52,827 nt of DNA from Mesotaenium endlicherianum (Eukaryota). Every line of letters starts with the position of its first letter. Position 1 is the stretch's first letter. Location of the stretch: assembly GCA_009602735.1 (NCBI GenBank), contig WELA01002202.1, positions 169,328-222,154 of the forward strand, given 5' to 3'. The notes under the pieces are model-generated. The model saw only the letters and a list, made by a program, of their open reading frames with translations. It ran no database searches and was not told where the DNA came from. Both the position numbers and the translations under genes were made by a program. Positions 45,054 through 52,827 of the stretch are shown here, piece after piece.

Positions 45054-48000
45054 ATGGCTGCCATTGCCGTCTCCTCTGCACTTGCATCATCTCTGAGGTT
45101 TGCTGTCGCTCCTCTTAGTTCACCTGTCTCTTCTCACCGGAGTCAGTCAGCACTATCGACCTCGAGGTCAACGCTTCAGTTTGGTTACTCGTCTACATTC
45201 GGGCATCAGCTTAGAGGTTTCAGCAGCTCAGAAGGAGAGAAGGGCTCCATCTGGAAGGCAGGTCTGGCGTCTGTTTTTGGGGCATCCAGTATGGGAGCGG
45301 CGCATGCCACAGCTGCTGTTGCCGGCAACAGTCTGCATGACTTTACCGTAAAGGTCAGAATATGTTGTAGTACTGAGACATACTTATGAAACGAAGATAA
45401 GAAGGATGTCCCGTTGCATATGATATAGGAAGAGTTGGGACAAACGCGTAATTACTGTGCAACCGTTGAACAGCTTGTCCTTTGCACCTGATATGATTTT
45501 GTAGAAGATTTTATTTTGAGGCCTGTACTTTAACCTCGTATGAGATGATTGAGTGGCCCAAAAGAAAAGTCAAGAGGCTATGTCACGTATAGTGAAGTAG
45601 TCAGGTATGTCAATTCTGCTGCAACCAGTGACGATTCTCCTCTACCACATTGTCATAATGCAGGACATTAACGGCAATGACGTGTCTTTGAGCCAATACA
45701 AGGGGAAAGTGGCCCTTGTGGTCAACGTGGCATCTGCCTGGTATTTTCCGGGGGCCATTTGCATACATCTGGCTCTACGACCTTATTGGAGCATGTGTGA
45801 ATTTGGGGCTTGTCTTAATTATGCAACATGCGCTTCGGGCTCTGAAATGCTTCATTAGTAGCATTGACTGCCTTACTGGACTGGGCAGCGTGCTCAAATG
45901 TTGTCTCCTTTTGATGCCTGGAGGAGGCATTTTTCTCCACGTTCTGTCATGCTGGAGAATTGTACCATATCCTCCTTCTGTGTGAGGATTCTGTTTACCG
46001 TGTCAATAATGTTAATGTTAGCAAGCCAGTCCCTGTTGCTCTTGCACCTTCTGATGTTATGTTCTCCTCAAGTGCATCGTGCATTCTAGTTCGCTAACCT
46101 TGCTTGCGGACATTTTTTCCTCATCAGAACAAGTGTTGACCTTACAGTTTGTGACATGTACGCAGCGGGTTGACTCAGTCAAACTACAAAGAGCTTACTG
46201 AGCTGTACAATCAGTACAAAGATCAAGGTAAGACACGTCTCTGCTTTGGAGTCCAAAAAATCAAACTGCTGTCTCTATTTTATATGTTGCATTGTAGGCC
46301 AGGCACGCGACAAGCCATGGAGGGTGGCTCCCATTTGAAAATGCCTGATTAGTGGTTGAATCTTAAACTTGTCCTTCTATCAAATAGGGACTTCCTCTCC
46401 GATGTTCTGACTGGAGTAGGCAAAGATCTCTCTGCCAAAGACTTTGTGCATGATGAATGTACTGGAGCACGAGATGGCAGCTGCATATCAAGCAGCTATT
46501 CATCTGAAAAATCCTGCATAGGGTGCCCATGGTGGGTATTGGCTGGCATGTGGCTAGGCTGACAAGGCATTTAGTAGTAATAGAAGAATCAGAAATTGCG
46601 AGGGAATAAAGTTGTGTAGGACATCTGGGTGTTATGTGGAATGCAGGGCACTTAGGCAGCAGAAAGTATTTGTAAAACATTGAGAGAAGGTGCATGTTAC
46701 ACGATGGACAATGCCTGCTTGAGTGGAACATTCAGCGTGCGTGCATTTGCTTTCTAAAAAGTAGAGTTAAGTCCTTGAAGGACTGTTGTGATTTGATTTG
46801 GGTAGCAAAATTACAAGCGCAGTACGCAACTATGCTCTTTACTGTCAGCTTCCTGTGAGAGAAGGCATGTGCGTAATCAAGAGCCTCAGATGGGCCCTCT
46901 GATGCACTTGGCCTCCCAAAGTCAGCATGGGTTTTGAAGTTTGAAGCAGTGCAGCTGACTGTCTGTTTTGCTTCTTCTGCACACGCTCACGCCCCCTGCC
47001 TGGCCGTGCAGGACTGTCGGGACTTGTGTACTCTTGAGGGTAATGGCGAAGTTGCAGCCTTTTCAATGGATCAGCTTGCATGATCTTCCGGAGCAACCAG
47101 CATGTGAGAGTGGGGGTGTTTTGCCATCCTCATCTCACTCAGCACGTGAGCTGCTGCTGCTGCTGTGCATGGGTGGGCGTATTCCTTCCAGGCCTCGTCG
47201 TGCTGGCATTCCCCTCCAACCAGTTTGGGGCTCAGGAGCCGGGCAGCAACGAGCAGATCAAGGAGTTTGTGTGCAGCAGATTCAAGGCAGACTTCCCCCT
47301 CTTTGACAAGGTGTGCTCATATTGCTTCTCCCTCCACACGCATGGCTGCATGCTGTGAAAGAAAAGCCATACTGCTTAGTTGTTCAGAAGCTTTGATTTC
47401 TGCATCACATCGTCAGGTGTGCGGTGTCCCTATGTACTTCCTCTCGAGTTTATACTTATCATTCAGAGTTAGTGACCCGTGGGCAATATTTTGCTTATGT
47501 GTTTCATATAAGCCCTTAGTCATAGACTCTAGGGACTTAGCCAGATATTGTGAGAAGCAGCAGCACCGTCTTGTTTGAGATTTAGTGTAGCTGGCTCCAC
47601 CCGGATTCCTGTGCACTTCAATAGAGAGTTGTTTCGTTCGCAGCAGATGTGAGTGCGCCGTGTGTCACATAAAGCCCTCGATGGGGCTGATTGAGTTGTT
47701 TGTTTGTTTCTCATGGAGCTATTTTCGCACAGCATGCACTGATTATGACTACAACCTCTACTGCTGCAACAGGTGGACGTGAATGGGGCCAACACTGCCC
47801 CGGTGTACCAGTGGCTGAAGTCCCAGAAGGGGGGCGGCATTCTGGGCAGCAACATCAAGTGGAACTTTGGCAAGTTCTTGGTCGACAAGGACGGCAACGT
47901 GGTTGAGCGATATGCCCCCACCACCTCTCCCAAGAGCATTGAGGTACCACGTGCTCAGCTTGCCCGTCGTTGCTCTTCCTTCTTATATGGCGTATTGAGA

Positions 48001-48446
48001 CCCTAGCTCTTCTTGTCGTGCAGTTGGGAACTGGGACGCGGGAAGGGCTTCACCTTACTGGCTGCTCATCTCTTTTTGTGGTTCAAGGGTTATGTGGCTG
48101 GCACACTTTCACCCATGCTTGCCTCCTCACAGTACAAGGCTCCAATCTTAGAGTCAGGATTGAGAGTACACAAGTAGATATGCGATGCATTATTTATACC
48201 TCAAAAAAGACTTGCTCAGGCCCGGCAAGAGCTTAAGTGCCAGTGCTGATGTCAGGAGTGTCGACGTCAGGAGTGTCCCAGTATCGTTGATGAACATTTT
48301 TCCATTGAATTCATGGCAATCTGTTAGGATTTTCTAGGACAGTTGAGTGACAGGTGGAGTAGAAAGTGTTATGCAAAATTCTTGCATTTGTATCTCACCA
48401 TTTCCTTCTGCGTGTATGGCAGGCGGACATCAAGAAGCTGCTATGA
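45054..48446 (+). CDS. GPX: Phospholipid-hydroperoxide glutathione peroxidase family (plant thioredoxin-dependent GPX), with organellar transit peptide, 250 aa
   Basis: Exons 45054-45353, 45664-45740, 46166-46227, 47192-47310, 47773-47943 and 48423-48446. The internal sizes 77/62/119 are the typical plant GPX pattern. Motifs [26 protein letters not shown] and [11 protein letters not shown]; Ser/Ala/Arg-rich N-terminus. Confidence 0.95.
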
Positions 48447-50368
48447 TTCTGTTGCTAGGTGCTTGGCACATGATGTTTGTGTGAGTATTCTTTTCCACTA
48501 CGAGCATTTGACCTTTGTAAAATATATGCTATTAATCAAATTCGCTTGGGGACATGGCCCCGATGTATTAAATGCCATTATATCGTGTGCGTCTAGTATA
48601 AATTTGTTTTGAATACATGAAAGTGCTAAAATCGCGTTAACCTAGATGTGTGAGATTGATATGAGATGTGTAGACTTGGTCTCTAGCCTGTTTTTGGAAG
48701 TTTTGCGTTCTTAAATGAAGATGTTAGTACACCCAAGCTATTATGCTGTACGCTTATGATGCAATTACGGGCCATTAGTTGCTTGTTGTTTGCCATGTTA
48801 TCAAAGTTGTTGGAATAGAAGTAACTGTAGGTTTTGGTGACTATTTGCCAACATAATTGCACAGCTTAGACAAGTCAAAGGGGTCAAAAGTGTTGTGCAA
48901 GTAGAGAAACTTCCTGTCAATATCAAGTCTTTAATATGCATCTTTGACCTTGGATAAAATGTACTGGGACATGTCTGAACCAAATAGGATTTTAAATTAG
49001 ACTAGAACATAGCCGTGTTGTGTCAAGCGACTAACACGCATCTAGAACCACTTTATCCTTGAAGCATACCAGATGGTGGTCACATAGTTCTGGTTGAAGC
49101 ACATTATGTGTGTCATTCATTTTGCCACTTTTTGCATATTGCTTGACACGTGCTTCCTTATCACATTAAAGTAAACACTCATTTAGTCCATGCCACATCT
49201 CTTGTAATGTTGAAGTACTATTCGTTCTTAATATGTCTCCGTTATACCTTATAATCTCCACATTATAAGTAAAGAAATTGCTGTGTCACATTAGAGCGAA
49301 CGTTTCCCCAAAACTTATCTATAATGTTTTCTCCTTGAGCGTGTTCTCCTCAAACAAATGCTCACATCACAATACAATTTGCCATCTTGTATGATTTTTA
49401 CATGCTCCATGGTATCGGCTATATTCGTGAGAGAATGTTGCACCCGATTGTTCATAGATGTTATCAAGAAAGAGCGCATATGATGTCTTAGATGTGTCGC
49501 CTTCATTGCTCCAAATTCTGCACTCAGATTGCAAGGACATGATCGAGCTTGCTGTGCTGGATCTAATTGTTTCTTCTCACTCCACATATTGTTAATAAAC
49601 CTAGGGAGCAAGGGCAAGATAGGAGGTTGTCAGAGGAATGCTTGAATGAGTCCAAAAGAATGTAAAGTAGAAATAGGAACAAAGGCTATGCAGGCGTACG
49701 ATAAAGGGTAGCAAAAGATTGACGATGGAAGGTCGTGTCAATGTAAATTTCAGATCGCATAGATAAGACCATGGAAGACCACACAAGACTATGTGAGACG
49801 ACTGAGATGCGCATGAACACGACCTTTGGGGAACACTGAAAGCCTTCAACGTTTTGGTAATCTCAGGCGTTTGAACCAATTTTAGTAAAATCGATTCAAA
49901 TGTTAAACATTATAATAAGATATTCTTCTAATCCTTTTTTGCATCGCTAAAAAACGGCTCGATGTGTGCCAATTTTGGCATTTGAAGCAGGACGAACCTC
50001 GCGTCGGGACAATTGAGGATCGAAGACAGACTGCGGTTGTTGGAGAGTAGGTGGCAGAATAAGCCAACTTTAAACAGCCGTGAAGCTCCTACACTTCGAA
50101 GTGATGCTGTCCATGCCAAGCTGGCTTCTCAACTAGCCTCCCTGCATGTGACGGATCAACACGGATTCAGGAATTAAAACATCATACAGACGACTTGCTA
50201 AAAGCGGTTATGTACAGCATGATGGTGGTTGATTTTTAGGTTTGTCGGTGGGATCATCCTGCAATGTTATACCCGAATGTGGTTTTCTTGTGTGCATTAG
50301 GGGCCTCAGTGCACCTCAACAGTGTTAAGAGCTTTTGAGTTCTCAAATACAGGTAGCGCATTTGCAGG

Positions 50369-52685
50369 ATGAATTCGGCCACAGGACCTGCTGTCCAGGG
50401 CAGTGAACCTCCATGGGTACATGTGCGAAGAGAACCTTTTGATTATGGTTTACTCCCGTTACCTTCTCTTATGCACAACGATGGCGTTCCTGCCCTTAGA
50501 CAGTTGAGATCAGAGATCTTTGCCAAGGCCGTTGCATCCCCTTCTCCTGATCCCGCATCCCCTTCCTCGTCCTCTGCCAGCTACTCACCAGCAAGCCCTA
50601 GGATCAAGTTGAGTGACATAGCTAGTGCTTTGGGTCTGACAGAGGGTCAAGCTCATCTGGTTCTTGATGCTCTTGCTTCAGTTTTGCCAGCTGATGCTTT
50701 GGACGAACCCTCGGGTCAAGTGCCTTCGACAGAAGTCGATTCTCCTGGAGCAAACATTGACTATCTCATTATCTTTCTTTTCATTCAAGTATATAGAAGA
50801 GTGCCTCATAGACCCCACAAGGATGCGACAGTTCTTGCGGATGTCTGGCCGCAGCCTCCATCACCCTTTGACAACTATCCACCTGCTTCAAACAATATGG
50901 CCCAGGTCAGTAGTTGGACTGCGGCATCTGTACTTGTCTCATCCCCCAAATTGTACTCCATCTCATTCATGAGCAAATAACATAAGAGTTGTTGCTTCTG
51001 GCTGCTCCTACAGCAACTTAACGAATACTTATTTAAGAGGGCTTCGTAGAATGCAGAGGTTGGTCATGGGACATGATGACGGAAAGTTAAGCTATGTTGA
51101 TGTGGCCAAGCTCAGAGGTGAGTCTGAGCATGCTCATGCATGTAGGTGTTTTGTGGGGCTGTATGATAGGTATTGATGAGCGCAGTGCAGGGTTAAATAT
51201 CTGTTCTGCAAGTGTGTTGCCCCCTCGAAGGAAAGGTTTAAAGGAGTCTTGGGAACAGTTGGCGTGCGTTGGAGGCAGAGGCAAAGCTCAGATTCCATCC
51301 TAGGGTTTTAGTCTAGTTTTGAGTGCAAAAGATCCAGAAGCTGCAGTATACATCTTATTCGGTGGTAAATCATGGGGGAATGTAACGCTAGGCAGTCCCA
51401 GGCACGGAGGCTACTTCTACTCAAGCGGCATTCTAACTTGCGAGCTGTCCTGCTGAGGGCAGCAGCTACTTGGCAGAGGCAGGTTCTCTGATGCATGCGC
51501 TTAGGTTCTGAGGAAAGGTCCTTTGCCTGGCATGCAAGCCCAAGCCAGAGTTGCATCTGATAAGCGTCAGATCTGCGCAGTTTTTCACGCGGCTGTTACT
51601 CGCCCTCTTGAGTGACAGCTGAGGAAGCCCCCTCTTTCTCCCCCTCCGCCCCCTCCCTCCCCAAACCATCCCCTTCGCTTCTCACAAGCGCTCGTGTCCC
51701 TGAGCAGATAAAGAGCACGTCAATAGCAAAGCAGAGGTCGATGCCGGGGCAGGCAGAGGAGGAGGCGCACCAGCTGGCCTTTGTCCAGAAGAACCTGCCC
51801 TCCTTGCTGGGGCTCTTGGCTGAAGATGTTGACAGTGGCGACGATGACGACAGCAAAAAGGTGGGCACCACTCTGATCATATCCTCTCACCCCGGCCCCC
51901 AAGCAGCTCCTTTGGTGCATGTACTCCTCTCCAGTCTATGCACCCTCAAGTGCACTCCGGTTTGGCCTTGTGCCTGTCGCCTGCGGCACTCTCACCGCTC
52001 GCCAGCCGTGCCTGTGGTACACATGGCAATGCTGTGGCAGTGCGCTGCGCTGTGCTGCGCTGTGCTTGTTGAGCTGTAATGCCCTGGTGGCGGGCGGGCG
52101 GGCGGGCGGCAGGTGATCACGGGCGACAAGCTGGACTACCTGGGGCTGCTTTTGCGCGCGGGGGGGCTGGGCAGCGACGAGGTGTGCCTGAGCCAGGTCA
52201 CTCCCTTCTTCGCCAACTCCGACCCCGCCATGCCGGCTGCGCCCGCCCCCCTGCCCCAGGTCCTCGACTGGCTGCTCAAGCACATATGCGGCGCGTCAGA
52301 CCACATGCGCGGCGGTGGCGGCGCCGGCGCTGGCAGCGGCCCCTCCAGCCCCGTGTCTGGCCTGGCCCTGCCCGTCCCCGCCCCCGCGGCTGGGAGCGGC
52401 TCTGGCGCCGGCGCAGGCGCAGGCACGGGGGGGGCGAGCGACATCACCATGTCTGATGCCCCGCCGGCGCAAGGGGGTGCGAGCCAGATCCTTGGTACTG
52501 CGGGTGGTGTGGGCGCGGGTGCGGGCGTGGGTGTGGGTGGCGGCCTGTCCTTAATCAATGGCACGGGGGGGGTGTCGTCGCCGGTGGCCAAGGACTGGCG
52601 GCCAGCTGGCATGACGTGCGTGGACGGATACACGAAGATGTCGGTGCTGAAGCAGGAGCACGACATCGAGGGCGGCAACATCCGG
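50369..52685 (+). CDS. TBCCD1: TBCC (cofactor C / C-CAP) domain-containing protein 1-like, first three coding exons (continues beyond window)
   Basis: Exons 50369-50905, 51708-51860 and 52113-52685 are in frame. RREPFDYGLLPLP, LFIQVY, LADVWP, EEAHQLAFVQK.L, PFFANSDPAMPAAP.P..QV.DWL match the N-terminal region of plant TBCCD1 as I recall it. Confidence 0.8.
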
Positions 52686-52827
52686 GTGATGAAGCGGTCC
52701 CTCGCTTTGCCCCCCCGCTCGGCTCCTTCTTGCCGCTAGTATTTTCTCTCAGAGACACATCTCCCTCCTCCTCTTTCTCCTCCTCTTCCTTTTCCTCCTT
52801 TCCCCCCTCCCCTCCCACCCCCTCCCC

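Noticed and set aside
45739..46166. GPX as a selenoprotein (active-site codon split TG|N by an intron, next to 'selenium-binding' genes)
   Set aside because: The acceptor at 46165 supplies C, giving TGC (Cys) and the expected 62-nt exon; no in-frame TGA.

Overview
Eukaryotic, intron-rich nuclear DNA with plant-type genes. GC3-rich exons and plant-like GPX/PMDH/TBCC genes suggest a streptophyte alga or early-diverging plant (inference). From left to right the window holds: (1) the 3' end of a peroxisomal-type malate dehydrogenase; (2) three intact copies of a 484-aa, signal-peptide-bearing SBP56/methanethiol-oxidase-like beta-propeller protein, two in tandem on the - strand and one on the + strand; (3) a ~23-kb TE-filled spacer between copies 2 and 3; (4) a Cys-type organellar glutathione peroxidase; and (5) the 5' part of a TBCC-domain gene. 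The spacer contains a PHD-finger Ty3/gypsy remnant, a chromovirus-type Ty3/gypsy split into two opposed halves with an extra ORF, an F-box/LRR pseudogene, and tandem non-coding units with CACTA-like ends and tRNA-like modules. Copies 2 and 3 lie in an apparently perfect 4,525-bp inverted repeat nested inside an older, clearly diverged inverted duplication, a gene-conversion-like signature. The most interesting candidate system is the amplified secreted SBP56-like gene. Its mature protein has no Cys and one Met, it keeps several His motifs, and its promoter carries five positionally conserved GTAC cores. Together these suggest a copper-linked, sulfur-sparing extracellular thiol oxidase (hypothesis). 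All gene models and alignments were made by eye; no searches were run.
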